The position numbers were made by a program, and so were the translations under genes. Under the pieces are notes generated by a model, which saw only the letters and a list, made by a program, of their open reading frames with translations, searched no databases and was not told the origin of the DNA. A DNA stretch of 63,211 nt from a virus (Duplodnaviria > Caudoviricetes), in IMG/VR virus record IMGVR_UViG_3300027740_000122, positions 1 through 63,211 of that record; one strand, given 5' to 3'. Of this stretch, positions 9,480-19,243 are shown one piece after another. Numbering within the stretch: the stretch's first letter is position 1; every line of letters starts with the position of its first letter.

Positions 9480-9485
9480 AAGGGG

Positions 9486-10970
9486 ATGAAAATGGATGGT
9501 GTTACAGTAATCATTCCAGCTAGGAATGAGGTTTATCTTCAAAGAACTATTGAGAATGTCCTCGAAAATGCCCGAGGAGAAATAGAAGTAATTGCTATAT
9601 GTGATGGGTATTGGCCAGACCCTCCTATTAAAGATGATCCTAGAGTTAACATTATTCATCATACTGAACCAAGAGGACAACGACAATCTATTAATGAAGC
9701 TGCCAGAGTAGCAAAAAGCAAATTTATTATGAAGTTGGATGCTCATTGTGCTGTTGATGAAGGATTTGATGTAAAACTAATAGCAGATTGTGAATATGAG
9801 TGGACTGTTATTCCAAGAATGTATAATCTTGATCATGAAACATGGTTACCTAAAACACATAAACGAACAGATTATATGTTTATTGGGTGGAATGATAAAA
9901 ATGAATTAAGATCCTTGTATTATACAGGGCAAGAATGGAAAAAATGGCATCATAAAGAAGAAGAAATTGGGGACACGATGGGCTGTATGGGTCCTTGTTT
10001 CTTTATGCATAAAGATAGATTTTGGGAACTAGGCGGGTGTGATGAAGATCATGGCAGTTGGGGGCAACAAGGTATCGAAGTTGCTCTAAAAGCATGGCTT
10101 TCTGGTGGTAGAATGGTAGTAAATAAGAAAACTTGGTTTGCTCATTGGTTTAGAGGAGGTATAGGTTTTCCTTATAAAATAACAGGGCATGAAGTATCTA
10201 TAGCAAGACGACATTCAATGGATTTATGGCTTAATAATAAATGGGGTAAACAAACAAGAAATCTTGCTTGGGTATTAGATAAATTTAAACCCCCTACATG
10301 GGAAGATGTTAATTTATCAAAATGGAATATAGGAGAAACAACAATGGGAAGAGAAAGAGTTTCCGAAGAAAAAAGAACAGAATTACAAGCATTTTTCTAT
10401 AAAAATATACATCTTGTAGGGAAAGACCCAAGATGGCGTGGCATTAAAATGATAAAGATGCCAACGGATATTGTACTTTATCAAATGGCAATTTTTGAAA
10501 AGCAACCTGATTTTATTGTTGAAATAGGAACTGCTTATTGTGCTTCTGCATTGATGATGGCAGATTTTCTTGAAATGACAGGTAAAGGGATGGTTATTAG
10601 TATTGATCCTTCTCCTCGTGGTCCTCTTATTTCTCATCCTAGAATTACTTATTTAAAAGGGAAATCCAATAATGAAGAAATTATAAAACAAGTTAAAGAA
10701 ATTGTGGGTAATGGTTCAGTTATGGTATCTATCGACGGAGACCATCACAGAAGTCAAGTAAAATGGGATTTGTATAAATATCGTCATATTGTAACCCCAG
10801 GTCAATATATGGTTGCCGAAGATTGTTATGGAAGACAAGGAGAACTTGTTGGTCCAGGAGAAGCAAGAGATTGGTTTTTACATAACCACAAAAATTTTAT
10901 TTTAACTGATTTTGATAAAAGATTTCATTTTGGTTTTACTAAAGATGGGTGGCTCTTGAGGACCAAGTAA
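9486..10970 (+). CDS. GT2 glycosyltransferase fused to a CmcI/rhamnosyl-O-methyltransferase-like domain
   Basis: VIIPARNE, KLDAH (DxH), FWELGGCDE; C-terminal WRG...K.PTD..YQ, IVEIGT, SIDGDH, VAED. Confidence 0.85.
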   Translation: MKMDGVTVIIPARNEVYLQRTIENVLENARGEIEVIAICDGYWPDPPIKDDPRVNIIHHTEPRGQRQSINEAARVAKSKFIMKLDAHCAVDEGFDVKLIADCEYEWTVIPRMYNLDHETWLPKTHKRTDYMFIGWNDKNELRSLYYTGQEWKKWHHKEEEIGDTMGCMGPCFFMHKDRFWELGGCDEDHGSWGQQGIEVALKAWLSGGRMVVNKKTWFAHWFRGGIGFPYKITGHEVSIARRHSMDLWLNNKWGKQTRNLAWVLDKFKPPTWEDVNLSKWNIGETTMGRERVSEEKRTELQAFFYKNIHLVGKDPRWRGIKMIKMPTDIVLYQMAIFEKQPDFIVEIGTAYCASALMMADFLEMTGKGMVISIDPSPRGPLISHPRITYLKGKSNNEEIIKQVKEIVGNGSVMVSIDGDHHRSQVKWDLYKYRHIVTPGQYMVAEDCYGRQGELVGPGEARDWFLHNHKNFILTDFDKRFHFGFTKDGWLLRTK

Positions 10971-11617
10971 TGAACCAAAATGCAAAGAAAGACTTGACTA
11001 TATTATTTTATACCTGCAATCGTATATCTCCAAAGATAATGGATCTTGTAGTGGAAAGTTTGAAAACTTTCCACTATTCTATAGTTAGTATTTCTCAAAG
11101 AACTATGGATTTAGGATATAACGTAGTAGTTAAAAAAGAAAGATCAGTAAAAAATATATATAGACAAGTTCTTTTAGGTGCTAAATTAGCACGAACAGAA
11201 TATGTTGCATTAACCGAAGATGATTGTTTTTATACACCAGAACATTTTTTATTTCGACCTGTACATTTTGGTTATAATTATAATCGTTGGAATCTTCATA
11301 TGAGAGAAGGTGTTTTTTCTCGTAGAGCAAGACCAGTATTATCTCAATGTATTGCTAATAGAAAAACATTGATTGCCACGTTAGAAGAACGATTAGCATT
11401 GAAAGATTTGCCTGATAATATGTGCGGTGAACCTGGTCGTTTAGAAAAACAGTTAGGGATAACTCGTTACAGTCTTGAAACATTTGAAACAAAATTACCA
11501 AATATGATTGTGTGTCATAGTTGGGGTATTCTTGGTCATAAAATAGTTGCTTCTAATGCAGTTGATTACATAGAAGGATTAGGGCAAGCATCTGATTGGA
11601 TAAGGAGATTATCATGA
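10970..11617 (+). CDS. GT-A fold glycosyltransferase-like protein
   Basis: TILFYTCN, YVALTEDDCFY; paralogue of 13268..13999. Confidence 0.7.
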   Translation: MNQNAKKDLTILFYTCNRISPKIMDLVVESLKTFHYSIVSISQRTMDLGYNVVVKKERSVKNIYRQVLLGAKLARTEYVALTEDDCFYTPEHFLFRPVHFGYNYNRWNLHMREGVFSRRARPVLSQCIANRKTLIATLEERLALKDLPDNMCGEPGRLEKQLGITRYSLETFETKLPNMIVCHSWGILGHKIVASNAVDYIEGLGQASDWIRRLS

Positions 11618-11757
11618 AAAGTTATTTTTTACGTTTAGTAGGTAGATTTTATTCTTAGTTAGGAAAAACAGAAAACACTTGTACTTTTGAATTTCCTTGT
11701 AAAGATTATCATGAAAAATGTCAAAAGACAATGGATTCTTTAAAAAACGGATAATTT

Positions 11758-12331
11758 TATGAAACTACATCTTGCCAATGGGACTGTCTATTTAGATGGA
11801 TATACCAATATTGATATAGTAGGGAAACTTGCGTATATGCATCTTGATCTTGCAGACCACAATAGAACTACGATTGATAAATATTATAAATTTCCTTTTC
11901 GTCAAAATAAAGACAATAATGTAACAGACATTCATGCTGATGCAAGAAATTTACCTTTTAATAATGATGAAGTAGATGAAATTCTTACTGTAAATTTTGT
12001 AGATCATTTAAAGAAAGAGGAATTTATAATAGCTTTATATGAATGGAAACGAATTTTAAAAATAAATGGTACTTTAATAATTGATGTTGATGACCGACGT
12101 AAACAAGCAGAAATATTGACAAGTGCGGAAACAAATGAAGAGATTGAATGGGCATTAAGATTGATTTACTGCGATCATGCTTCAGAAGGACGCACACATT
12201 TTTGGGGGTTTACACCTGATTATTTACAGCATATTGTGGAACCTATAGGATTTAAACAGATTTGGACGAGGACAGACTACATTGTCCACGATTGTTACCC
12301 GAATTTTCAAAGTTGTTTTCAGAAAGTGTGA
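11758..12331 (+). CDS. class I SAM-dependent methyltransferase (ORF 11759..12331)
   Basis: KLHLANG..YLDGYTNID, DARNLPF, DEI....VDHL, EWKRILK.NG.LII. Confidence 0.75.
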
Positions 12332-12332
12332 T

Positions 12333-13079
12333 ATGAAAATTAAGACTATAATTTTTAGTAAAAATCGTGCTTGTCAGCTTGAAACCTGTATTAGAAGTGA
12401 CAACCAATTATCAACTGTCATCTATACTCATGATGATGAATTTGAAAGTGGTTACGTCAAATTACGAACAATGTATCCTCATATTGAATTTATAAGAGAG
12501 TATAATGATTTTAAACAATTGGTGATAGAAAATCTTGGAGAATATACAATGTTCCTTTGTGATGATGATATAAGATTACTTCCATTTGATGAGGAAGTAC
12601 AAGAGAAATTTAATATATTTGAAGAATTTAAAAATTCCATTCTTTGTTTGAGTTTGCGACTTGCCCCTTTTATGATTAATAGTCCTGAATTTTTAATTCA
12701 TGATTATATGTGGGAATGGAAAGGTAAATATCGTTCTTGGGGTTATCCTATGTCAGTAACTTCAACTATTTTTAGAAAAACAGATATTTTACCTATTATA
12801 ATTAATAAGGAATTTTGTAATCCCGTTGAATTAGAAGTAGTATTAAGAAATAATATTCCTGATAAACCATATATGATTTGTTGTAGTAAACCATATTTTA
12901 TTAACAATCTTGCAAATCATATTATAGAAGGTCATTATAGAACAGCAAGACAATCTCCTGAATCTCTCGAAGAACAATTCTTGTTAGGAAAAAGAATTAA
13001 TATCGAAGATTTAAGAGAAAAAGCAAAGAAGTATAAACAGTGTTTCATGGTAGAAAAATACATTTTTGAGGAGAAATAA
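12333..13079 (+). CDS. GT-A fold glycosyltransferase-like protein
   Basis: IIFSKNRACQL, MFLCDDD, SLRL, WGYPMS. Confidence 0.65.
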   Translation: MKIKTIIFSKNRACQLETCIRSDNQLSTVIYTHDDEFESGYVKLRTMYPHIEFIREYNDFKQLVIENLGEYTMFLCDDDIRLLPFDEEVQEKFNIFEEFKNSILCLSLRLAPFMINSPEFLIHDYMWEWKGKYRSWGYPMSVTSTIFRKTDILPIIINKEFCNPVELEVVLRNNIPDKPYMICCSKPYFINNLANHIIEGHYRTARQSPESLEEQFLLGKRINIEDLREKAKKYKQCFMVEKYIFEEK

Positions 13080-13080
13080 A

Positions 13081-13263
13081 ATGAGAGTAAAAATTGAGAA
13101 TGTTTGGTATGATAGTGAAAAACAACCCATTTGTATTCAAATCAGTGAAGAAGAAAAAACGCAGATTGGTGTTATCAGTTCAAAACTTGGTGGTAAATAT
13201 GCAGCATTTTCTGATTCTATTGAATGGTCATTAGAAGAAAAAAGTAAATGGATGAAAGAATAA
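13081..13263 (+). CDS. hypothetical protein
   Basis: GAGGAG RBS, co-directional. Confidence 0.5.
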   Translation: MRVKIENVWYDSEKQPICIQISEEEKTQIGVISSKLGGKYAAFSDSIEWSLEEKSKWMKE

Positions 13264-13267
13264 TAAA

Positions 13268-13999
13268 ATGAAAAAGACAATCCTGTACCTTACGGAGAAT
13301 AGATTAGATCCAAAAATAGCTGAACTTTGTATTAAGTATCTAAAGATTGCAGCAGGAGATAATCCTATAATTTCTGTGTCACAAAAACCCATAGATTTAG
13401 GAATAAATATATGTGTTGGTGCCATTGGACGTAATTGGTTAAATATTTATAAACAGCAACTTGAAGGTTTGAAAGTAGCAACTACTGATTTTGTTGCAAT
13501 TGCCGAACATGATGTATTGTATACAAGTGAACATTTTGATTGGAAACCTCCTGCAAATGATACGTTTTATTACAACTATAATTGTTGGTTTGTTGAATGG
13601 GGGGGTCATCATCCTGAATTAAATGGGATGTATAGTTTTTGGAATAGACAAAGAAAAGCATTATCTCAATTGATTTGTGATAGAAAATTACTTATTGAAT
13701 CTATTGAAGAAAGACTTGTTTTACTTGAAGGAGGATTGAGAATATTAAGAAGATTAGGAGAACCTGGTGCTTTTCCTCCTGAAGTTGTTACTGCTGCTAG
13801 AATTGCAGTTAGTGGAGACTGCAAATATTTGTCACCTTATTTAGAGGAACATTTGAGAAAGTTTAAATCTGAAGTATTTAAAACAAAAAATCCTAATTTG
13901 GATATTCGTCATGATTCAAATTTTACAGGTCCTCGTAGGGGAAAGTTAAGAAGATATGAATTAAGTCCTTGGGGAGAATTTAAAAATATTATAGGATAA
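13268..13999 (+). CDS. GT-A fold glycosyltransferase-like protein
   Basis: TILYLTEN, FVAIAEHDVLY, LSQLI, GEPG shared with 10970..11617. Confidence 0.7.
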   Translation: MKKTILYLTENRLDPKIAELCIKYLKIAAGDNPIISVSQKPIDLGINICVGAIGRNWLNIYKQQLEGLKVATTDFVAIAEHDVLYTSEHFDWKPPANDTFYYNYNCWFVEWGGHHPELNGMYSFWNRQRKALSQLICDRKLLIESIEERLVLLEGGLRILRRLGEPGAFPPEVVTAARIAVSGDCKYLSPYLEEHLRKFKSEVFKTKNPNLDIRHDSNFTGPRRGKLRRYELSPWGEFKNIIG

Positions 14000-14004
14000 A
14001 TGCA

Positions 14005-16917
14005 GTGGCAATTTCATTAGGTACACCTACATCAAGCACTAATCAAGTAAACTCCGGGGCTTTTAGTTTTGCTCATACTCCTGATGCAAATACTAAATGT
14101 CTTGTTGTAGTTGTTACTGGTTATGATACATCTGATACTGATTCAGTAATTAATAGTGTTGTATGGGATGCTGCTGGAACACCTTTATCTTTTACACAAA
14201 TTCCTGCAGGAAGATATAGAGTAGGAGGAACTTCTTCTTTTATTTCTATTTGGTATTTGAGAAATCCTCCTACTGGTTCTGCAAAAAATATAACAGTCAC
14301 ACCAGCAGGCACTTGTACTGATATACAAGCAACTTGTCAACCTTTAATTAGTACAATTAATGGTATTATTTATAATACTGCTAATTCAAGTGCTTCAACA
14401 GAAACTCCTCATACAGTTACAGTTACAGGAGTAGTTACAGGTGCTTATGGTATAGGTGCAATTGTTGATGCTGCTGATACTGTCATAGCAGGGTTGGCTG
14501 TTACTACTGGCGCCCAAATAAATACTGAATGGGACATGGGCTCACAAGTTGTAGGGGCTGCTTCTGCTGCTGAATCTGGTGGAACTTGCGTAATTGCATG
14601 GAGTAGAACAGCTACAGGGAATAGTTGGGCACAAGTAGCAACATTTGTTGAAGGTGCAGTCAATAGTGCAAGTTCTTCTCCCTCTTCGTCACCATCAACT
14701 TCTCCATCATCTTCTCCATCATCTAGTGAAAGTTCTTCACCTTCTACTTCACCGTCAACAAGTGAGAGTTCATCACCTTCTACTAGTCCTTCTACTTCAC
14801 CGTCAACAAGTGAGAGTTCATCACCTTCTACTAGTCCTTCTACTTCACCGTCAATGTCTCCTTCAACTAGTGAGAGTTCTTCTCCATCAACGTCTCCTTC
14901 TACTTCTGAAAGTTCTTCTCCATCAACAAGTGAAAGTTCAAGTCCTTCTACTTCTGAAAGTTCAAGCCCATCGTCTTCAGAGAGTTCTTCACCTTCATCT
15001 TCTGAAAGTTCAAGTCCTTCATCTTCAGAAAGTTCTTCACCTTCTACTTCACCGTCAACAAGTGAGAGTTTATCACCTTCAACAAGTTCATCAACTAGTC
15101 CTTCAACTTCTTCAAGTACGAGCCCTTCATCATCACCTTCAACAAGCCCCTCATCTTCTGAAAGTTCTTCACCATCATCATCTCCTTCTGCTTCTGAAAG
15201 TTCTTCACCGTCAACAAGTCCTTCGACTAGTGCAAGTTCTTCACCAAGTTCAAGTCCTTCACCAAGTACAAGTGAATCTAGTAGCCCTAGTTCTTCACCT
15301 TCTCCTGAAAATAGATGGGTTGATCAAACAGGAGATATTTGGGTAGATGAAAATGGAAATGAATGGGTATCAGGAGCAGTTTCATCACCTTCAACTTCAC
15401 CTTCAACGAGTCCTTCTACTTCTGAAAGTTCAAGTCCATCGTCTTCAGAGAGTTCTTCTCCTTCTACTTCATCTTCAACAAGTCCTTCAACTAGTGAGAG
15501 TTCAAGTCCATCATCTTCAGAAAGTTCTTCACCTTCAACAAGTGAAAGTTCAAGCCCATCAACAAGTCCTTCGACTAGTGAGAGTTCAAGTCCTTCTACT
15601 TCCGAAAGTTCTTCCCCTTCATCGTCAGAGAGTTCATCACCTTCTACTTCACCGTCAACAAGTCCTTCATCTAGTGAAAGTTCGTCACCTTCAACAAGTC
15701 CTTCAGCAAGTTCTTCAACTTCAGAGAGTTCTTCACCAAGTTCGTCACCTTCATCAAGTGAAAGTTCAAGTCCCTCAACTTCTACTTCAACGTCACCTTC
15801 ATCAAGTGAGAGTTCATCTCCTTCTACTTCTCCAAGTGAAAGTACCTCAACTAGCCCTTCTTTGTCATCAAGTAGTTCACCATCAACTTCTGAAAGTTCA
15901 AGTCCTTCAACTTCACCATCAACGTCCCCTTCAACTAGTGAGAGTTCTTCACCGTCAACGTCTCCCTCTATTTCTGAAAGTTCTTCTCCATCAATAAGTC
16001 CTTCAACAAGCCCTTCATCTTCTGAAAGTTCAAGCCCTTCATCTTCAGAAAGTTCTTCACCTTCATCTAGTCCAAGTGCAACTGAAGGTTCACATACTAC
16101 TAGTTCTTCTCCATCATCAAGTTCTTCAACAAGTCCTTCAACAAGTCCAAGTACAAGCATATCTTCTTCTCCAAGTGAGAGTCCTTCATCGTCAGAGAGT
16201 TCTTCTCCTTCATCGAGTGTTTCTTCTTCCCCATCTTCTTCCCCATCTACTTCATCAAGTGATAGTCCTTCTACTTCACCTTCTACAAGTATTTCTGCTT
16301 CACCTTCTACAAGTGAAAGTTCTTCACCTTCAACAAGTCCTTCGACTAGTGAGAGTTCAAGTCCTTCATCTTCAGAAAGTTCTTCTCCTTCTACTTCATC
16401 TTCAACAAGCCCTTCGACCAGTCCTTCTGTCAGTCCTTCAACAAGTGAAAGTTCATCCCCTTCAACAAGTGAAAGTTCAAGTCCTTCAACTTCCTCTTCA
16501 ACAAGTCCTTCTGCTAGCCCTTCTGCTAGTCCTTCAACTAGTTCTTCAACAAGCCCATCAACAAGTGAAAGTTCAAGTCCTTCAACTAGTTCTTCAACAA
16601 GCCCTAGTTTAAGCCCTAGTTCAAGTCCTTCAACTAGTCCTAGTTCTTCCCCATCAACTTCTGAAAGTTCAAGTCCCTCAACTTCACCTAGTAGTTCCCC
16701 GAGCATTACCCCTTCTACTAGTCCAAGCCATAGTTCATCAACTAGTCCTAGTTCAAGCCCTTCTGCTTCTTTAAGCACAAGTCCTTCATCTTCACCTTCC
16801 CCATCACCTTCAACTTGTGGGGAAACCCCAAATAATAGAACGATAAAAATTGTAAATGATAATCGAACTATCACAATTGCAAAAGAAAATAGATCATGGG
16901 GTATTAAAGGAGAATAA
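14005..16917 (+). CDS. mucin-like virion fibre: N-terminal beta domain, ~700-residue Ser/Pro/Thr tract, C-terminal NRTI anchor repeats
   Basis: GTG start; SPSS/SPST/SESS repeats; central ENRWVD..WVD..EWVSG motif; C-terminus NNRTIKI..DNRTITI..ENR. Confidence 0.75.
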   Translation: MAISLGTPTSSTNQVNSGAFSFAHTPDANTKCLVVVVTGYDTSDTDSVINSVVWDAAGTPLSFTQIPAGRYRVGGTSSFISIWYLRNPPTGSAKNITVTPAGTCTDIQATCQPLISTINGIIYNTANSSASTETPHTVTVTGVVTGAYGIGAIVDAADTVIAGLAVTTGAQINTEWDMGSQVVGAASAAESGGTCVIAWSRTATGNSWAQVATFVEGAVNSASSSPSSSPSTSPSSSPSSSESSSPSTSPSTSESSSPSTSPSTSPSTSESSSPSTSPSTSPSMSPSTSESSSPSTSPSTSESSSPSTSESSSPSTSESSSPSSSESSSPSSSESSSPSSSESSSPSTSPSTSESLSPSTSSSTSPSTSSSTSPSSSPSTSPSSSESSSPSSSPSASESSSPSTSPSTSASSSPSSSPSPSTSESSSPSSSPSPENRWVDQTGDIWVDENGNEWVSGAVSSPSTSPSTSPSTSESSSPSSSESSSPSTSSSTSPSTSESSSPSSSESSSPSTSESSSPSTSPSTSESSSPSTSESSSPSSSESSSPSTSPSTSPSSSESSSPSTSPSASSSTSESSSPSSSPSSSESSSPSTSTSTSPSSSESSSPSTSPSESTSTSPSLSSSSSPSTSESSSPSTSPSTSPSTSESSSPSTSPSISESSSPSISPSTSPSSSESSSPSSSESSSPSSSPSATEGSHTTSSSPSSSSSTSPSTSPSTSISSSPSESPSSSESSSPSSSVSSSPSSSPSTSSSDSPSTSPSTSISASPSTSESSSPSTSPSTSESSSPSSSESSSPSTSSSTSPSTSPSVSPSTSESSSPSTSESSSPSTSSSTSPSASPSASPSTSSSTSPSTSESSSPSTSSSTSPSLSPSSSPSTSPSSSPSTSESSSPSTSPSSSPSITPSTSPSHSSSTSPSSSPSASLSTSPSSSPSPSPSTCGETPNNRTIKIVNDNRTITIAKENRSWGIKGE
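14665..16815 (+). repeat. Ser/Pro/Thr coding repeat tract
   Basis: Degenerate tandem units such as TCAAGTCCTTCA and AGTGAAAGTTCA. Confidence 0.95.
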
Positions 16918-16918
16918 A

Positions 16919-17218
16919 ATGGGCAATATTAGAGTAACAGACATGGCATCTATTGTTAAACACCCTTCTGCTTATTTAGATTATGAAATAGATTGGACAT
17001 TATGGCTTGATGGGGATACATTAGCAACTTGTGAATGGGATGTTCCTGCAGGAATAACTAAAGAAACTAGTGTATATAACACGAATGTTGCTACTATTTG
17101 GTTATCTGGAGGAACTGATATGGTAAATTACACTTTGTTAAATAGAATAACCACAACTTTAGGAAGAATTGAATGTAAAGAAATTATTATAAAAGTGAGG
17201 ACCTTAGGAGGAAGTTAA
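16919..17218 (+). CDS. small Ig-like fibre adaptor protein
   Basis: KHP..LDY.IDW..WL.GD...W...IWLSGG...Y...NRITT..GR pattern of phage virion adaptors; AAGGAG RBS favours 16919. Confidence 0.6.
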   Translation: MGNIRVTDMASIVKHPSAYLDYEIDWTLWLDGDTLATCEWDVPAGITKETSVYNTNVATIWLSGGTDMVNYTLLNRITTTLGRIECKEIIIKVRTLGGS

Positions 17219-17236
17219 AATTTTATGAATAGGTAA

Positions 17237-17273
17237 GAAAAGTCTTGACTTAATTTTTCATATATGATATTTG
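17237..17273 (+). promoter_or_regulatory. late-module promoter motif, copy 3
   Basis: GAAAAGTCTTGACTT upstream of the head protease. Confidence 0.65.
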
Positions 17274-17306
17274 ATAGAATAATATAAGTTTGTGAGGGGG
17301 TGTTTT

Positions 17307-18482
17307 GTGAAACAGGAAACCTTAAAATTAAAAAAATCTGCAATGCAATTCATTGAAGAAAACTGTTTTGCAGTAACCAATAATTCTGATGAGGGAAAAC
17401 CTTCATTAGAAATGATAGCATATTCTGGCAAAACTATTAAAGGTCATTGGTATTGGGGAGATGTTGCATTTGATGTAAGTGGATTCTCTTTTGCAAAGAA
17501 AATACCCATTCTCGAAGATCATTATACTTCCAAAAAAATAGGTTTTGCTACAAAAATAAATAAAGACAATAATCAACTTACTATTGGTGAGGGATTTGTT
17601 TTTATAGATACGCCTGAAAGTCTTGCTTTTCGTCAAAATTCGTTAGCAGGATTTCCATATCAAGCATCAATTTATGGTATTCCTACAGTAATTGAACAAC
17701 TAAGTGAAGGAGAAACTGCTGAGGTAAATGGTTACACTTTCAAAGGACCAGGAACAATTTGGAGAAAAACAATTCTTAAAGAAGCTTCAATTTGTACATT
17801 CGGTTATGATCCTAACACGAAATCTGTAGTAATGTCAGAAGAAGATGAAGAAGTAATGGTTGAATATCTTACAGAAAAAGATTCAACAGAAGAAAACAAA
17901 TTTAGCGAAAAGGAGGAAACAAACATGAAGGTCACCGTAGATCAGTTTAAAACAGAAAGTCCTGAAGAGTATGACGCTGTTGTAAAAGAAATTGAAGCAA
18001 AATTTTCGGGTAAATTGGCATCTCTTGAAGCAGAACTCAAAACAGCAAAAGAAGCAAATGGTACATTGGCAGATACGAACAATAAACTTTCTGAAGAAAT
18101 TAAAGGGGCAGAAGTTCGCTTGCTTGCATTGGAAAAAACTGAAATTCTTCGTCATGAAAAAGACCTTACTAATTCTGCTAATGAAATCTTTAATGTGAAG
18201 TTTGTTGAAGCAGAAATTCCCGAACGTTTGCATGATAAAGTAAGAAGGTTGATTACTCATGAAGCGTTTATAAAAGAAGGTGAATTGGATGTTGAAGCGT
18301 TCACCGCTGCTGTTGTTACTGAATTGAAAGACTGGACTTCGGAAGAAGATTCTACAGTTCATGGTTTTAGTGTACATTCTAAAAATTTCGATGGTGGTTC
18401 AAGTGCTAAAGAAATGGAATCGGACGCAATCGTTAATCGGATGCTTAATCATTGCGGGCAGACCCCCGCAGAAAAAAAATAA
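17307..18482 (+). CDS. prohead protease-scaffold fusion
   Basis: AYSG, PILEDH, FPYQASI, LKEASICTFGYD protease motifs, then an acidic coiled coil. Confidence 0.85.
   Translation: MKQETLKLKKSAMQFIEENCFAVTNNSDEGKPSLEMIAYSGKTIKGHWYWGDVAFDVSGFSFAKKIPILEDHYTSKKIGFATKINKDNNQLTIGEGFVFIDTPESLAFRQNSLAGFPYQASIYGIPTVIEQLSEGETAEVNGYTFKGPGTIWRKTILKEASICTFGYDPNTKSVVMSEEDEEVMVEYLTEKDSTEENKFSEKEETNMKVTVDQFKTESPEEYDAVVKEIEAKFSGKLASLEAELKTAKEANGTLADTNNKLSEEIKGAEVRLLALEKTEILRHEKDLTNSANEIFNVKFVEAEIPERLHDKVRRLITHEAFIKEGELDVEAFTAAVVTELKDWTSEEDSTVHGFSVHSKNFDGGSSAKEMESDAIVNRMLNHCGQTPAEKK
17925..18482 (+). CDS. nested in-frame scaffolding protein
   Basis: Strong internal AAGGAGG RBS before an in-frame ATG at the protease/coiled-coil boundary (lambda C/Nu3-like). 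Confidence 0.55.
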   Translation: MKVTVDQFKTESPEEYDAVVKEIEAKFSGKLASLEAELKTAKEANGTLADTNNKLSEEIKGAEVRLLALEKTEILRHEKDLTNSANEIFNVKFVEAEIPERLHDKVRRLITHEAFIKEGELDVEAFTAAVVTELKDWTSEEDSTVHGFSVHSKNFDGGSSAKEMESDAIVNRMLNHCGQTPAEKK

Positions 18483-18512
18483 TAAACAATAAATAAAAGA
18501 GGAGGTTTTAAA

Positions 18513-19211
18513 ATGAAAGTGATAGGTGGAAGTATTCCTCAGATGGTTCAAAATCCGGATGGTGCAGGCATCAAGAAGTTGTTTCATTCTCAGAGAGACA
18601 TTGCCCTCATTCTGGACAAAACACTTGCTCCTGGTTATGGTGTATTGAAAGCAGGTACAGTTCTTTGTGTCAACACTTCGGCAGCAGGGAATGTGGGGAA
18701 ATTGTATCCTTATGTTCCTGTTTATGGTTCTCAGGTAGCTGCTCTTAATACTGATGCAGCACTTGGTGTTGCTGCAATGGTAGCAAATGCTTCGTCTGGT
18801 CATGTTTATGTAAGTATCGAAGATTCTTACAAATTCATTGTTGGTGATCAACTTTACTTCGAGAATACATCAGGCGACGGTCTTGTAAATTGTGGTGTTA
18901 TAACTGCTATTGACCGCACTACGGTGTCAATTTATGCAGACATAACTTGTGGTGCTTTTACTGCAACGAATGGAACTACTGCAAAACATGCTTATGTGTA
19001 TGTTGTTTCTGGTTCTACTCCGTATTCGATTGCCAAGTATGTTCTTGATAAAGATGTAGACACTGGTATTGGTGAAGATGCTGTTGGTGCATTGGCGACT
19101 GTTGTTCTTTCTAATGCAATTCTTTATACAGCATCTTTAATAAATATGACAGCCGCAGCGATTACTTCTCTTGGTGCTGTTACTGATGGTCGTTTTACTA
19201 TTCTTAAATAA
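18513..19211 (+). CDS. head decoration protein with an inserted beta domain
   Basis: Between scaffold and capsid; GYGVLKAGTVL, LYPY. Confidence 0.7.
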   Translation: MKVIGGSIPQMVQNPDGAGIKKLFHSQRDIALILDKTLAPGYGVLKAGTVLCVNTSAAGNVGKLYPYVPVYGSQVAALNTDAALGVAAMVANASSGHVYVSIEDSYKFIVGDQLYFENTSGDGLVNCGVITAIDRTTVSIYADITCGAFTATNGTTAKHAYVYVVSGSTPYSIAKYVLDKDVDTGIGEDAVGALATVVLSNAILYTASLINMTAAAITSLGAVTDGRFTILK

Positions 19212-19243
19212 ACAAAATAAATACTAAGGGAGGTTAAATCAAA

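Noticed and set aside
14645-16612. Alternative-frame L/H/Q/V-rich ORFs (also 30849..31142 and 31563..31907)
   Set aside because: Frame-shifted readings of the same low-complexity repeat.
14665-16815. Possible CRISPR array or DGR in the repeats
   Set aside because: Repeats are in-frame, degenerate at third positions and lack unique spacers; no cas gene, reverse transcriptase or adenine-specific TR/VR pair was seen.
15324-16874. 516-aa antisense ORF rich in E/G/L/V/D
   Set aside because: Shadow of the Ser/Pro repeat codons; no RBS and opposite to the operon direction.
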